Source: a virus
Taxonomy: Duplodnaviria; Caudoviricetes
DNA: 41,325 nucleotides
Virus record (IMG/VR): IMGVR_UViG_3300035683_000204
Location: 1-41,325 of that record
Direction: 5' to 3' (one strand)
Numbering within the stretch: position 1 is the first letter of the stretch; each line of letters starts with the position of its first letter. The position numbers and the translations under genes are program-made. Of this stretch, positions 1-10,460 are shown piece by piece. Under the pieces are notes generated by a model, which saw only the letters and a program-made list of their open reading frames with translations, ran no database searches and was not told where the DNA came from.

Positions 1-2538
1 TCACACCCCGTGAATGACGACACGCCAGACCGGCGCGATCGTGCCTCCCGCCCCCACCGGCTCGATCTGCACATACCGATCGGAGCCAGCAGCGGGCACG
101 TCGGTGAGATAGATGTCGTCTCCGGGGCCGAGGGCGATCGGGACCGGGTGCGCGTCGGCGGTGGGCCAAGGAAACTCGCCCTCGCCGAGCGGGTCCGCCT
201 TCACCCAGTCGTACACGTAGACGGTCTCAGTCCCGGCCAGACGGGTCCAGGCGATTGGCAGGGAGCGCTCGCAGTCGCTGAGCACGCGCACATTCGTGAT
301 GCCTGTACTCGCCCCGGCCGACACGAACCAGTCACGCACGTGCATGGTGATCTCCGTCCCCAGCGCGTCGCCGACGCGGGTGATGACCCCCCGCGCCCAC
401 ATCATCCCCTTCAGCGCTGTGCCGAGGACAGGATCCTTGGTGACGAAGTGCTCCATCTCCACCTCGATCACGTCCCCCGGCTCCAGGTGCGGATGTGCGT
501 ACTCGGCAATGAAGCTCAGCTGGGGGAGCCCGAGGCCGTGAAGGCGGGTGGTGGCGCCGGCGACCTGGTCAGCGAGATCGGGGTTGTCGATCCACCGAGA
601 GACCACGTCGTCCAGGACGCGCGGGGCGTCCAGCGTGTAGTTGTTGAAGCGCAGGATTCCTTGCGGGTGGATGGAGCGGGCCTCGTACTGGTACCGCTCC
701 TCCACGGCCGACCACTGAGCGGGAGCGAAGAACTCGGGTACACGCTGCCGGATGCCGGGACTGTTGCCGACGGCCTTGATCTCCGCGCTGGGGAAGCGGG
801 CAACGGGTTCCTGCTCGTAAACCACGGGCACGAACTTGATCGCTCCCTGCGAGGCCAGCATCACACCGCCGGCGATCCGGCAGATCGCGTCCAACTCGGC
901 TTTGGCGTTGCTCCGCTCCCTCTCGGTGATCGCCTTCGCCACCACCCACACGGCGTCCTCCGGGATCCCGGCCCCGCGGAACCGCGCAGGGAGGGCGACC
1001 TGCGCATCCAGGAGGTCGGCGTACACCTCGCCCAGCGGGAGCCCGGAGTACACCAGGTCTGGACGCGTGGAGGTGTCGACGTCGTGCACCGGCAGCTCCT
1101 GGCGCACCGCGCAGAGCACGGAGAGGCAGGTGAGGACGATGGAGTCGCTCTGGTTGGCGTAGTCGTCCACCAAGTAGACGTCCAGGAGCATCCAATCTGC
1201 CCGGGGCAGCAGCGCCGAGCCGATCCAGACGAAGAAGGCCAGGTCGACCAGGTAGTACCGGGAGAGCAGCTCCGTGGCGGGATCGGCGAAGTCACGCTCG
1301 CCGGTGCGTGCGAGCGTGATCGTGGCCTCGGAGATCTCCGCGCGCATCTCGATCGGGTCGAAGCTCCAGCCCCCCGGTGCGAAGGTGGCCACGCCGTCCA
1401 GGAGCACGCGCTCGGCGAGGCGCGCGCCCAGCTCGCGGCAGATCGGGGCGATCTGCCCGTGCGTGCTGGGCGACAGTGTCACGCGCAGGTACAGGGTGGT
1501 GGGCGACGGCTCGCCGGCGAAGACGTCCTCGCCGACCACGTCGCCGTCCAGGAAGGGCACGTAGGCCACACCGTCCAGGCTGACTTCGAACAGCAGGGCG
1601 GTGTCTCCGGGCGTCTCGCCCGTCCCGACCAGCACCGGCTTGAATCCAGACGTGCTGACGGGCAGCTCGATGACATTCGCCACCGGGAAGGCAGGGTCCG
1701 TCCCGTCGCGCGTGAAGCCGGTGACCATCTCCTCGAAACTGCGGCTGAAGACGCTGAGGACCGGCGCGCTGATGGGCGTCGGAGCGGGCTCGTACCGGCC
1801 ATTCCCATCCGGTGTGAGCACCCGGATGCCGAACGTGCCGGCCGCGTCCGTCTGGGCAGTGCGCGAGTCGTCCACCAGCCAGCCGACGTTCCCCGCGGCC
1901 GTGCCGTCGCTCTTCCGGCCTTCGAACGCCAGCACGGTGATGGTGCGCGTGTAGGCGTTCGGGCCTGTCTCGCCCTGCGGCAGGTCCGGCGGACCACCGA
2001 CGGCGACGCCGCCCAGCGCGAACTCCAGGGTGATCGCCGTCGTCCCACCCAGGGCCGGCAGCTCGCGGCGCGCGATCTCCTCGATCTCGAATGCCTGTTC
2101 CAGGTCCATCCGCGTGCCGTAGGCGGCGGTCACCCGGAACACCCGCAGCCGCCAGGTGGCCACCGCCTTCGGCTCCGCCGCGTCACGCTGCGCCACCAGC
2201 TTCGCCGACACGAAGTCCAACACGGTACCCGGGCCGTCTGTCCACTCGATGACAGCGACATCCCACCCCTCGTCGGCCGGCGCCGGCTCGGACAGGCCGG
2301 TGACGCGAGTGCCGTCGTCCGTGGGGTTGTGCAGCACGTACTGAGGCTCGCCCGCGATGGTCACACCTCCGGAGTACAGGAGCTGCGCCTCGCCGGCGAT
2401 GTCGTTGCGCGCCTGCCAGTCGGCGAACTGGCGGCGCACGTCCTCGCCGGCGGTGGCCTGCGCTTCCACGAGGACGCCCGCGGCAGGATCGGCCCGGTGC
2501 AGCAGCTCCTCCAGGCGAGGGTTCCACCCGAGCCTCAC
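1..2538 (-). CDS. Tail tip / baseplate hub-type structural protein
   Basis: Second gene after the tape measure. Probable GTG start at 2538 overlaps the stop of the upstream gene. Large, acidic, beta-rich. Confidence 0.65.
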   Translation of the reverse strand: MRLGWNPRLEELLHRADPAAGVLVEAQATAGEDVRRQFADWQARNDIAGEAQLLYSGGVTIAGEPQYVLHNPTDDGTRVTGLSEPAPADEGWDVAVIEWTDGPGTVLDFVSAKLVAQRDAAEPKAVATWRLRVFRVTAAYGTRMDLEQAFEIEEIARRELPALGGTTAITLEFALGGVAVGGPPDLPQGETGPNAYTRTITVLAFEGRKSDGTAAGNVGWLVDDSRTAQTDAAGTFGIRVLTPDGNGRYEPAPTPISAPVLSVFSRSFEEMVTGFTRDGTDPAFPVANVIELPVSTSGFKPVLVGTGETPGDTALLFEVSLDGVAYVPFLDGDVVGEDVFAGEPSPTTLYLRVTLSPSTHGQIAPICRELGARLAERVLLDGVATFAPGGWSFDPIEMRAEISEATITLARTGERDFADPATELLSRYYLVDLAFFVWIGSALLPRADWMLLDVYLVDDYANQSDSIVLTCLSVLCAVRQELPVHDVDTSTRPDLVYSGLPLGEVYADLLDAQVALPARFRGAGIPEDAVWVVAKAITERERSNAKAELDAICRIAGGVMLASQGAIKFVPVVYEQEPVARFPSAEIKAVGNSPGIRQRVPEFFAPAQWSAVEERYQYEARSIHPQGILRFNNYTLDAPRVLDDVVSRWIDNPDLADQVAGATTRLHGLGLPQLSFIAEYAHPHLEPGDVIEVEMEHFVTKDPVLGTALKGMMWARGVITRVGDALGTEITMHVRDWFVSAGASTGITNVRVLSDCERSLPIAWTRLAGTETVYVYDWVKADPLGEGEFPWPTADAHPVPIALGPGDDIYLTDVPAAGSDRYVQIEPVGAGGTIAPVWRVVIHGV

Positions 2539-3356
2539 AGGGGCACCGGCTCCCGCTCGACCCACATGAGGGAAGCCTGCGGCAGGAACCATCCCTCCTC
2601 GCGCCTGAAGCCTCCCGGGCCCGGCGCCATCTCCGCCAGCACGGCGCGCTCTGCCCGCAGCGGGTCGTGCACAATCCACATGGGGCGGCGCCGGCCGAAG
2701 AGGGTGTTGACGTGATACTCGGCGGTGGGGATCTCGGCCGAGCTCATGAGCTTGATGAGGAGGGTGCCCTGCCTGCGCTGCGCGATCACCGACGCCCCCA
2801 CCCACAGCGCGTCCGTGACGCTCGCACGGTACGCCAGCTCGTACTCGCTGTCGGAGTAGGGGAGGTCGGCGTACTCGGAGAGCTGCCAGCTGGAGCCGAG
2901 GTACAGCCCCCGGATCTCCGGCAGGTACCCGGCGGCGCCGCCGGCGTACACCTGCAGGCGCCACACGCGCCCGGTGGTGCTGGCGAAGCGGCAGAGCCAC
3001 GCCCCCTCGCTGCTCACCGCGCCGGCGGCCCCGTCGACGTCGCCGGGGACCGTCGCGGCCGCGGGTACCACCAGGTCGAGCACGGCGGCGCCGTCGCAGG
3101 TGAGGACCACCCGCTTGCCGCCCAGGGAGTGCCCGCGGTCGATAGCCACCATGTCGGCGGCGCGCTGGGCGAAAGCGTCCACCTCGATCCAGCCGTCGCC
3201 GGCGGCGGATGCACGCCAGGAGTTGAGCTCGCTACGGCGCCCGGTGCCGACGCGCCAGGCCTCCCGCCCGGCGGCGGCGCTGCTCGCCGTGATCGCGTGC
3301 GACGGGAACTGCGTCCGGCTGAAGAAGGATTCGGCGAAGAGGAGAGGCGTCCTCAT
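2535..3356 (-). CDS. Distal tail-type structural protein
   Basis: 273 aa, directly after and overlapping the TMP stop; call from synteny. Confidence 0.6.
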   Translation of the reverse strand: MRTPLLFAESFFSRTQFPSHAITASSAAAGREAWRVGTGRRSELNSWRASAAGDGWIEVDAFAQRAADMVAIDRGHSLGGKRVVLTCDGAAVLDLVVPAAATVPGDVDGAAGAVSSEGAWLCRFASTTGRVWRLQVYAGGAAGYLPEIRGLYLGSSWQLSEYADLPYSDSEYELAYRASVTDALWVGASVIAQRRQGTLLIKLMSSAEIPTAEYHVNTLFGRRRPMWIVHDPLRAERAVLAEMAPGPGGFRREEGWFLPQASLMWVEREPVPL

Positions 3357-6300
3357 TTCTTCACCAGCCGGTACCCATTGGGGATCCTCACCACCGCGTC
3401 GCGCCGGCCGAGCCGCTCCAGCGCGTATCCGGTCTCCGCGAGGATCTCGCCCGACTCCGTGACGAACTGCAGGTTGACGACGTCCGGCCCTTCCTTGCGC
3501 TTCGACTGATCGAGCGCGCGCTGGGAGTACTCCTCCACGCGCACAGGCTGCGGTTCGCGGCGCTCGCGCCTGCCGAACAGCGAGCCGATGATCCCCCCCA
3601 GCACACCGATCCCGGCACCCAGGATGGGATTCGCCTGAGAGACAGCAGCCTGCGCGATGCTGGCGAAGCCCTGGATCACGGCCTGCTCCATGGTGGCGGA
3701 GCCGGAGATCGCCGCTTGTGCGATGCTACCGAACGCCTGGACCGCCACCACCCCCGCACGCTCCAGCTCGTCGGAGCCCTTGCCCACGTCGCGGCCGAAC
3801 GTCTCCCAGGTGTTGCCGCTCCCGCGGACGATGTTCTCCGCAGCCTCGCGCTCGGCGCCGCGTAGCTGCTCCGGATCGACCATCATGGCCACGAGCGCCT
3901 GATACTGGCGGCCGTAGTGCTGCTGATCTAGCGCTTCTCTGCGCTCCCTGCTGAGCCCCGTGCGATCGATGCTCAGGCCGGCTCCGGCGTCCAGGCCGGC
4001 CGCGGCGAGGAAGGGGCTCAGGTCCGCCATCTTCAGGCCGGAGAGGTTCCCGCCCAGGAGGCGCAGGTCCTGCCCCAGCTCGCGGAGATCTCCGCGGAGC
4101 CGGTAGACCTTTTCGTTCATCTCCGCCCAGCCGTCCGCTGACTTCGGGAGGCGGCGGAGCGACTCCTCGGCGAGCGCCAGCTCGGTGGTGAGCTGCCGCA
4201 CCCGCTGGCTCGTCTGCTCCTGGAGCTCGATCATCCCCGCCACCGCCGCGCGGTCCACCACCACGCGCGCAAAACCGTCGCCGACGCCGATCACCTGGGT
4301 CGGTGTCTCCCGCGCCTTCTTCCGGCCCCCGCTGTCGCCTTCCAAGTCAATCACCGGCCGCTTGGGCCCCTCGACGGAAATCGTCAGCCCGTCAATGGTG
4401 TTCCGCTTTGTGCGCTCCGCCTCGAACTCCTTCGCCAAATCCAGGACCGCACGGTACTGGATCGCCAGCGCCTCGTACTCCGATGTCAGCTGGGCATACA
4501 GCGCACGGCCCGGAGCACCTTCTCGCCACGCGCCCTGGCCATGCAGCCGCAGGATCGCCCTGCGCTTTTCCTCCAGGTCGGCGTACAGGTCGTTAGCACG
4601 CTGGGCTTCATCCTTGGCCGCGGCGACCACCACCCCCGCATCCATCTGCGGGATTGCCGCTTTCACCTTGGAGACGGCGTCCACCACCTCTTCGGCCGCC
4701 TCCCTGGCGTTGTCCTTCACATCCTCCAGGATCGCCGACATGGTGAGGAGTCCGGCCAGCAATGGCCCCCCAACCATGACGACGGTGCCCAGGGCGCCAG
4801 CGGCGCCGGCGAGTCCGGCACCTGTGCCGATCGCCGCCGTTGCGCCGGTGGCGGCCGTGGTCACTCCCCCCACACCCGCAGCCGCACGTGCAGCCACGGC
4901 AGCCGTACCGCCGAGCGCCGACGCCCCGTTGAGCAGTACGACCGCGGCCCGAAGGTCAACAACCAACCTCACGATCGAACCCACCGAGGCGATCACAGGC
5001 CCAGCGATCATCACAAGCCCAGTGAACCCAAGGAGCGCCGCCTGAAGCGGTTCAGGCAGCTCCCCGAACACCTGCACCGCATCACTTACCACCCCCACCA
5101 CTGGCCGCCCCGCTTCCAGCAGGGTGACCAGCGCCGGTGCGAGCTCCGATCCGATCTCCACTGCGAGCACGGCCGCCTCAGCTGCGGCCTGCCGGAACTT
5201 GAATCCCTCCGTCTCCCGTACCCGCGCGAACGCCTGCTCCAGGATACCTTGCGAGTTGGCCACCTCCTGAGACACCTGGGCGAACGTCTCCGCCTGGAGG
5301 CCAGCCGTACCGAGCACACCGACCAGCCCCTCCACGTTGGGGATCACGCGGGCCAGCGCGGCGGTGTTGCCGTCGAACTTGTCGATCAGATCGAGCAGCG
5401 TCTGCGTCAGCCCCTTGTCGCGCACCTCCTCGCGCAGCTTGGCCGCGGAGAGGCCCACCTTCTTCAGCACCTTCTCGGCGTCGTCCGAGGGGTTGAGCAA
5501 CGTCTGGAGATACGACCTCAGCGCGGTGACGGACACCGCGGCGTCGCCGTTGACCCTGGTGAAGCTGGCGATGAAGGCGCCGACCTCTTCGAACTCCACA
5601 CCCATCGAGGCGGCCACGGGGAGCACCGCGCCAATCGAGCCGGCGAGCTGTTCTACTTCGAAGTTCCCCGCGCGCGCGGTGGCCAGCATGATGTCGGTGG
5701 CACGGGCGGACGTCAGGTTCGCCGCCTCGTATGCCTGCATCGCCGCGGTGGTGGTGCGGGCGATGGTGGCGGTTTGGCCCAGGCCCACCGCCGACGCCAT
5801 GGAGGCGTCCTCCAGGACGTCGAGCGCCTCCGCGCCTCGCTCTCCGGCGCTGGTGACCACGAAGAGCCCCTCGGCGAGGCCGTTGGGCATCGCCGCCAGC
5901 TCGGGCCCCATCTCCAGGAGCGAGCCTCGCCAGCCGTCGACCGTCTCGGCACTGATGCCTACCAGGTTCTCGATCTTGCCGAGAGAGTCGCCGAAGTCCA
6001 CGGCCATCTTGGTGCTCGCCGCACCCACCGCGAACAGCGGGAGCGATACGCGCGTGGTGAGGTCGTTGCCGAGCCGCTCCATGCGGTCGGCCGCGTCCCC
6101 AACACGCTCGGCCATGGTCTGCACGTTCCGGCCGGTCGCCTCCGCCTCCCGCCCCACCGCTTCGACGCCCGCGCTGCCGTCGCGCGCCGCGTCGCCCAGC
6201 TGCTCCACCTCGCGCCCAGCGGCGGCCGCCGCGGTGCCGACCGCCTTCACGGGCGCGGCGTCGACCGTGACGAACAGCTCTAGCTGCTCGGACGCCGCGG

Positions 6301-6643
6301 CGGCTTCCGTACTCAGGCCCTGGAGCTCCACCCTGGCCGCCGCGGCCGCGCTCTCCACCGCCTCCAGCTCGGCCCCGGATGCACTGCCGAGCGCCTGGCT
6401 GACTCCGGCGCCGGCGGCGACCGCTGCACCGCGCAGCTCCCCCAGCTCGGCCACGAGCACCGACACCTGCTCCGTCGCCGCCACGAGCGCGGTCGGATCG
6501 AACCCGGCGAGATCAGCGGCGGGCGCACCGTCGCCCCGGAGCTCGCCCTGGGCATCCCGGAGCGCATTGAACGCTCGGATGCCCTCGGGAGCCCCGGGGG
6601 TGGTGACCCTCAGCTCGATTTCGTTGGTGACCGTGCCGGCCAT
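3353..6643 (-). CDS. Tape measure protein (TMP1, TP901-type core)
   Basis: 1096 aa, Ala-rich helical. Motifs LTTRVSLPL and LPVAASMGVEFEEVGA, hydrophobic segments; follows the tail chaperones. Confidence 0.95.
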   Translation of the reverse strand: MAGTVTNEIELRVTTPGAPEGIRAFNALRDAQGELRGDGAPAADLAGFDPTALVAATEQVSVLVAELGELRGAAVAAGAGVSQALGSASGAELEAVESAAAAARVELQGLSTEAAAASEQLELFVTVDAAPVKAVGTAAAAAGREVEQLGDAARDGSAGVEAVGREAEATGRNVQTMAERVGDAADRMERLGNDLTTRVSLPLFAVGAASTKMAVDFGDSLGKIENLVGISAETVDGWRGSLLEMGPELAAMPNGLAEGLFVVTSAGERGAEALDVLEDASMASAVGLGQTATIARTTTAAMQAYEAANLTSARATDIMLATARAGNFEVEQLAGSIGAVLPVAASMGVEFEEVGAFIASFTRVNGDAAVSVTALRSYLQTLLNPSDDAEKVLKKVGLSAAKLREEVRDKGLTQTLLDLIDKFDGNTAALARVIPNVEGLVGVLGTAGLQAETFAQVSQEVANSQGILEQAFARVRETEGFKFRQAAAEAAVLAVEIGSELAPALVTLLEAGRPVVGVVSDAVQVFGELPEPLQAALLGFTGLVMIAGPVIASVGSIVRLVVDLRAAVVLLNGASALGGTAAVAARAAAGVGGVTTAATGATAAIGTGAGLAGAAGALGTVVMVGGPLLAGLLTMSAILEDVKDNAREAAEEVVDAVSKVKAAIPQMDAGVVVAAAKDEAQRANDLYADLEEKRRAILRLHGQGAWREGAPGRALYAQLTSEYEALAIQYRAVLDLAKEFEAERTKRNTIDGLTISVEGPKRPVIDLEGDSGGRKKARETPTQVIGVGDGFARVVVDRAAVAGMIELQEQTSQRVRQLTTELALAEESLRRLPKSADGWAEMNEKVYRLRGDLRELGQDLRLLGGNLSGLKMADLSPFLAAAGLDAGAGLSIDRTGLSRERREALDQQHYGRQYQALVAMMVDPEQLRGAEREAAENIVRGSGNTWETFGRDVGKGSDELERAGVVAVQAFGSIAQAAISGSATMEQAVIQGFASIAQAAVSQANPILGAGIGVLGGIIGSLFGRRERREPQPVRVEEYSQRALDQSKRKEGPDVVNLQFVTESGEILAETGYALERLGRRDAVVRIPNGYRLVKK

Positions 6644-6646
6644 TGA

Positions 6647-6877
6647 TCAGCGCTCGGAGTGGAGGGCACGCTCGGAGTCGAGTGCCGCCTGCAAGATGGT
6701 CATCGCTTCTAAGTACGCTGGGTCCACATCATCCAGGGGCAGACCCATGTCCATCGGAGTCTTGCCCCAGGTCACGAGCATGTGGAACGCGAGCACGAGG
6801 CGACGTTCACGGGGACTCAGGCCGGCGAGGACGTTCCCGCCGTGGTAGAAGACCCGGCCGGCCCCGTCGAGTTTCCC
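6647..6877 (-). CDS. Tail assembly chaperone GT extension (-1 frame)
   Basis: Open -1 frame (GKLDGAGRVFYH...ALHSER) from slippery G GGA AAC at 6877-6871 to a stop just before TMP1. Confidence 0.8.
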   Translation of the reverse strand, partial: GKLDGAGRVFYHGGNVLAGLSPRERRLVLAFHMLVTWGKTPMDMGLPLDDVDPAYLEAMTILQAALDSERALHSER

Positions 6878-7233
6878 CGTTCCGCCTCCGACAGGCCGGA
6901 GGACAGCGCGTGGCGCACGAGCTTGGAGAAGGCGAGCGCCTTCCAATGGTGGGGGACGCGCTCCAGGTGATCGGGCTTCGCCACGTCGAAGGGCTGCCCG
7001 TCCACCGTCGCGCCCTCGACCCTGCGGATCCGGCTCTCGAACAGGCCGGGGAGGCGGGACGCGCGGTAGATCAACCGCAGCTCGTCTCCCTCCCCCTCGC
7101 GCTCCGCCGTCTCCTGGGCCCGGAAGTACTGATCGTCGGTCATCGCCTCCAGAACCAGCGTGACTCCTCCTTCCACGTCGACCCTCACCTCCCTGTTCCT
7201 GCGCGGCAGCTCCAGCATGTACGTCCTCCTCAC
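6817..7233 (-). CDS. Tail assembly chaperone G (start may be ATG 7219)
   Basis: Between tail tube and TMP; carries an X XXY YYZ heptamer near its 3' end. Confidence 0.85.
   Translation of the reverse strand: MRRTYMLELPRRNREVRVDVEGGVTLVLEAMTDDQYFRAQETAEREGEGDELRLIYRASRLPGLFESRIRRVEGATVDGQPFDVAKPDHLERVPHHWKALAFSKLVRHALSSGLSEAERGNSTGPAGSSTTAGTSSPA
6871..6877 (-). other. -1 programmed ribosomal frameshift site GGGAAAC
   Basis: In-frame CGG GGA AAC; same position as lambda G/GT-type sites. Confidence 0.8.
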
Positions 7234-7273
7234 CAGGTGAATGATGTGCGGGGCGGATCCGCCCCGCCGGCGA

Positions 7274-8239
7274 TCAGTCGAAGATCAGCTTGAAGGCCGG
7301 GGCCGGGTCGGCGTGGTGCATGGCCAGCTGGATGCCGATCATGGCGTGTCCGTTCTGCCCCTCGTGCGGGATCTTGAGGATGCGAGCCGCTGGTCCCTCC
7401 ACACGGAGCCGGTTGAACTGGATGCTCCCGATCTGGTGAGCCCACGGGAACAGCTCGCCTGCCGCGTGGGCGGCCCACGGGTTCCAGGTGGCCTTCACCG
7501 GCGAGTCGATCAACACCTTGGCCTGCGGGTCGTAACCCATGATGTCGTAGCCGGCGTGTCCGCCTGGGCTCCCGCCCCTCGGCTTGGCGGGCAGCTCGGT
7601 GTTCAGCTGGAAATCGAAGCTCGCCGACGGCGCCCCGAAGCCGTCCAGGGTTACCACGTTTGTGGAGACCGGCGGCAGCACGGCGCGGCCGGGGTACACG
7701 ATCGCGGGCAGCGTGACGTCGGTGGGATCGTCCACCAGCAGCCCCATGACTTCGAAGCGCGCGATGCAGATCCGCGCCGGCACGGAGGGCAGGGACACGA
7801 GCCGGCCGCGGCAGCCCACCAGCTTGAAGAGGCTCCCGGCCGTGTACGCGAACAGGGTGGCGCTCTCGTGCGCCTCATCGATGGGCACGTACTCGATGGA
7901 CTCGTCGCCGGCGCTGGCGTCCACCGTCGCGCCGAAACCGCAGATCCGCAGGAGCACGTCCAGCTCCGGGCGCGTAGCGGCCGCGTAGGCCGCGCCCGCG
8001 CCCTTGATCGCGATCGGCAGCGTCAGCTTCGCCCAGCGTCCGCTCGGCTGCGCGCTCGCGTGCCGGCCCATGCGCGAGCCGGCCACGTCCTTCCGTTCGT
8101 TCTGCTCCAGGTGGTCGACCTCCAGCGTCGACCAGAGGTGCGACTCCAGCTGGATCCCGTCGGTGCCGGGTACCGGCACCGAGTTCGTCCCGTATACCGG
8201 CTCGATCTTGGCCAGCAGGCCGGTCAGGCGTTCGCGCAT
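7274..8239 (-). CDS. Major tail tube protein
   Basis: 321 aa; N-terminal LLAKIEPVYG and LLRICGF motifs typical of phage tube proteins; precedes the chaperone. Confidence 0.8.
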   Translation of the reverse strand: MRERLTGLLAKIEPVYGTNSVPVPGTDGIQLESHLWSTLEVDHLEQNERKDVAGSRMGRHASAQPSGRWAKLTLPIAIKGAGAAYAAATRPELDVLLRICGFGATVDASAGDESIEYVPIDEAHESATLFAYTAGSLFKLVGCRGRLVSLPSVPARICIARFEVMGLLVDDPTDVTLPAIVYPGRAVLPPVSTNVVTLDGFGAPSASFDFQLNTELPAKPRGGSPGGHAGYDIMGYDPQAKVLIDSPVKATWNPWAAHAAGELFPWAHQIGSIQFNRLRVEGPAARILKIPHEGQNGHAMIGIQLAMHHADPAPAFKLIFD

Positions 8240-8242
8240 GGG

Positions 8243-8470
8243 CTACTCCTCCGAGGTGGTTGCGGGTTGGGGGGCAGGCTCCGCCGCGCGCGCCCGGCGC
8301 GGCCTTGGGGCGGGGTCCGGCTGCTCCGCGCAGGTGTGTGCGATGAACGCGACGCGGTCCGGCGCGGCCGCCTGGCACTCCAGGCAGACCAGCTCGGTGC
8401 TCTCGCCGCTCGGGCGAGTCGCGAAGCGTCGGGGCGGATCGCCCAGGGTACCAGCGCCTTGCAGTGTCAT
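8243..8470 (-). CDS. Small hypothetical protein (CxxC)
   Basis: GGAGG RBS; fills the gap in the operon. Confidence 0.5.
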   Translation of the reverse strand: MTLQGAGTLGDPPRRFATRPSGESTELVCLECQAAAPDRVAFIAHTCAEQPDPAPRPRRARAAEPAPQPATTSEE

Positions 8471-8482
8471 CCTCCCTCCAGG

Positions 8483-8926
8483 TCAGAGTTGATTGGTGTA
8501 GAAGTCCAGCACCAGCTCGCACTCGGCGACGTGGCAGAGCACCCCTCCGAACACGCGCAGCTCGGCCACCAGGATGCGCACGAGTCCCTGAACGGAGCCG
8601 ACGGGCAGGTTCGGGTTGTCGCGGAAGTGGGCGACCACGTCGTCCACGCCCTGCTGAAAGAGGTGGTCCGTGGCGGCCGCATCCTGGAGACCGAAGAAGT
8701 GCAGGAGGCAGTAGACGTCGCCCCACCTGGTGCTGTTGGGATCGAGCAGTGCTCCGCCCTTCCGGGTGACCTCCCAGCCGTTGATGCGCTGGGTCTCAGG
8801 ATCCCGGTACTGGGCGATGTACTCGCCGAGGTCGGCCGAGAATCGCTGGCGGTCGTGCACCACGCCCGTGTCGGGGACGCTCCGGATCGCGTCTGTGATC
8901 GCCTGCACCCGCTCCTGGTAGCTCAC
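8483..8926 (-). CDS. Tail terminator / completion-type protein
   Basis: 147 aa; size and position upstream of the tube gene. Confidence 0.6.
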   Translation of the reverse strand: MSYQERVQAITDAIRSVPDTGVVHDRQRFSADLGEYIAQYRDPETQRINGWEVTRKGGALLDPNSTRWGDVYCLLHFFGLQDAAATDHLFQQGVDDVVAHFRDNPNLPVGSVQGLVRILVAELRVFGGVLCHVAECELVLDFYTNQL

Positions 8927-8927
8927 G

Positions 8928-9509
8928 TCACTGCCTCCGGCTCAGCTCGACGGTGATCTCAGCGCCGGCGCGGCCGACGATGCGGCGGATCGTTGCGTCG
9001 TTCTCGCTGACGGCCGCTTCGAAGAAGTGCCGCCCCTCGATCCCCTTCCTCCCGATCGCGCGGGCGATGACGAAGGCGATGCTCTTCGCCTCGGCGACGG
9101 TCGGCGGCCGGATCAGCGTGACGCCGTTCCGCGTCTTCGCCTGTCCCTTTTTCTTCCCAGCCTTGTGGACGCGCTCGATCTTCACCTTCCTGCGCACCCA
9201 CAGCTCCAGCGACTCCGCCGGCGGCGGCTTCTGGCCCGGCCGGCGCCCGTCGTTGATCACCGCGACGTGCTTCATGGGGCTGCCCAGCCGCCCCACCACA
9301 GCGCCCATCCCCACCGCCTCCCCGCGACGCACCTCGTGCGCAATGGACCCGCGCCCCGCCTCCGTGACGCCGATCGGCGTGTGGATCTTCACCTCACGCT
9401 CCAGGAACAGCATCAGCTCCGTGACCACGCTTTCCAGCTCGCGGCCGATCGCCTCGCCCGGGTTCGCCTGGAGGCCTCCGGTGATGGTGATGCGGACCGG
9501 CGGGATCAC
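8928..9509 (-). CDS. HK97 gp10-like neck / tail completion protein
   Basis: Motifs TPIGVT, GRRPG, IARAIGRKG..GRHFFE. Confidence 0.75.
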   Translation of the reverse strand: MIPPVRITITGGLQANPGEAIGRELESVVTELMLFLEREVKIHTPIGVTEAGRGSIAHEVRRGEAVGMGAVVGRLGSPMKHVAVINDGRRPGQKPPPAESLELWVRRKVKIERVHKAGKKKGQAKTRNGVTLIRPPTVAEAKSIAFVIARAIGRKGIEGRHFFEAAVSENDATIRRIVGRAGAEITVELSRRQ

Positions 9510-10174
9510 GGGTGCGTCAGGTAGCTGAGGACGTTCTCGAAGGAGGTTTCCGCGGCCGCGGGCTTCACGGCCGTGCCGATCTCCGACACCAGCTCGGGCA
9601 GCTCCCTGGCGACCATGCCCATGTACTCCTTGCCCCGCTTCGCGAACTCCGAGCTCTTGCTCTGGTAATCGACGCTGTCGGCCAGGATGGTGGGGTCGTT
9701 GGTCGATGCGTACCGCGCCGCCAGCGCCATGCAGGCGAGCCCGGCCGCCAGGTAGACGAGCGTGTCCAGGTCCGTGCGGCGGACGCTGGTGGCGTCCTCG
9801 GTGATGCTGTGGGGCGCGGTGATCGTCACACGCACCACCTCGCCCGCCCCGGGCTCACCCTCCAGAAAGCGCAGTGCCGAGCCCTCCGGGGCGGCGTACA
9901 CGCGGAACTCCCGCCGATCGCGCAGGTTGGGGACGCGCTCACCGACCGGATGCTCCACTTCGCGCAACTCGCTGAAGTCCTCCTCCCACTCCTCCGGGAG
10001 CGGCACGTCGAAGGATCCGCCTGCGACCAGGTCACGAACCAGAACGCGAGGGCGGTGGCGGGAGTACTTCGCGACGGCGTCCTCCAGGTGCCCGTCGTAA
10101 TCGGGGTCCAGGAGCACGCCGGCGGTGTCGCGGACGTACTTTCGGACCTTGCCGCGGAGGGTGGCCTTGCTCAC
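9506..10174 (-). CDS. Head-tail adaptor-type protein
   Basis: GTG start overlaps the upstream stop; position after the capsid region. Confidence 0.6.
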   Translation of the reverse strand: MSKATLRGKVRKYVRDTAGVLLDPDYDGHLEDAVAKYSRHRPRVLVRDLVAGGSFDVPLPEEWEEDFSELREVEHPVGERVPNLRDRREFRVYAAPEGSALRFLEGEPGAGEVVRVTITAPHSITEDATSVRRTDLDTLVYLAAGLACMALAARYASTNDPTILADSVDYQSKSSEFAKRGKEYMGMVARELPELVSEIGTAVKPAAAETSFENVLSYLTHP

Positions 10175-10425
10175 GGGACGGGGAAGAGGAGGGGAGGGTG
10201 CGGAGCGGCAGGCGCGCGCTCGGGCCAGTGCCACGTGTTGTCCGCGTGCTGGTCGCAGTGCGGGACGTCGTCCACCACCCTGAGACCGTCTGCGGTGAAC
10301 GCGGTGAGATCGATTCGCCCGTCGGCCGATCCGGGGTAGGTCACACGCACGACGGCGGGGAAGGCACCCTCGCCCGCCCCGCCCACGAAGTGAACGATAC
10401 GCCCCATCCCTGGCATCGTGAGCAC
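10171..10425 (-). CDS. Small phage protein (GRIVH...W.WP type)
   Basis: GAGGAGG RBS at 10437-10431; sequence PGMGRIVHFV...PAVV...TWHWP. Confidence 0.65.
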   Translation of the reverse strand: MLTMPGMGRIVHFVGGAGEGAFPAVVRVTYPGSADGRIDLTAFTADGLRVVDDVPHCDQHADNTWHWPERAPAAPHPPLLFPVP

Positions 10426-10460
10426 GGACACCTCCTCAAGTGTGAGGGTTGGACTGCGGA

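Noticed and set aside
10420-10460. HDV-like (theta) ribozyme downstream of the tRNA-like element
   Set aside because: Could not fold the required nested pseudoknot; the region is mostly the next gene's RBS.
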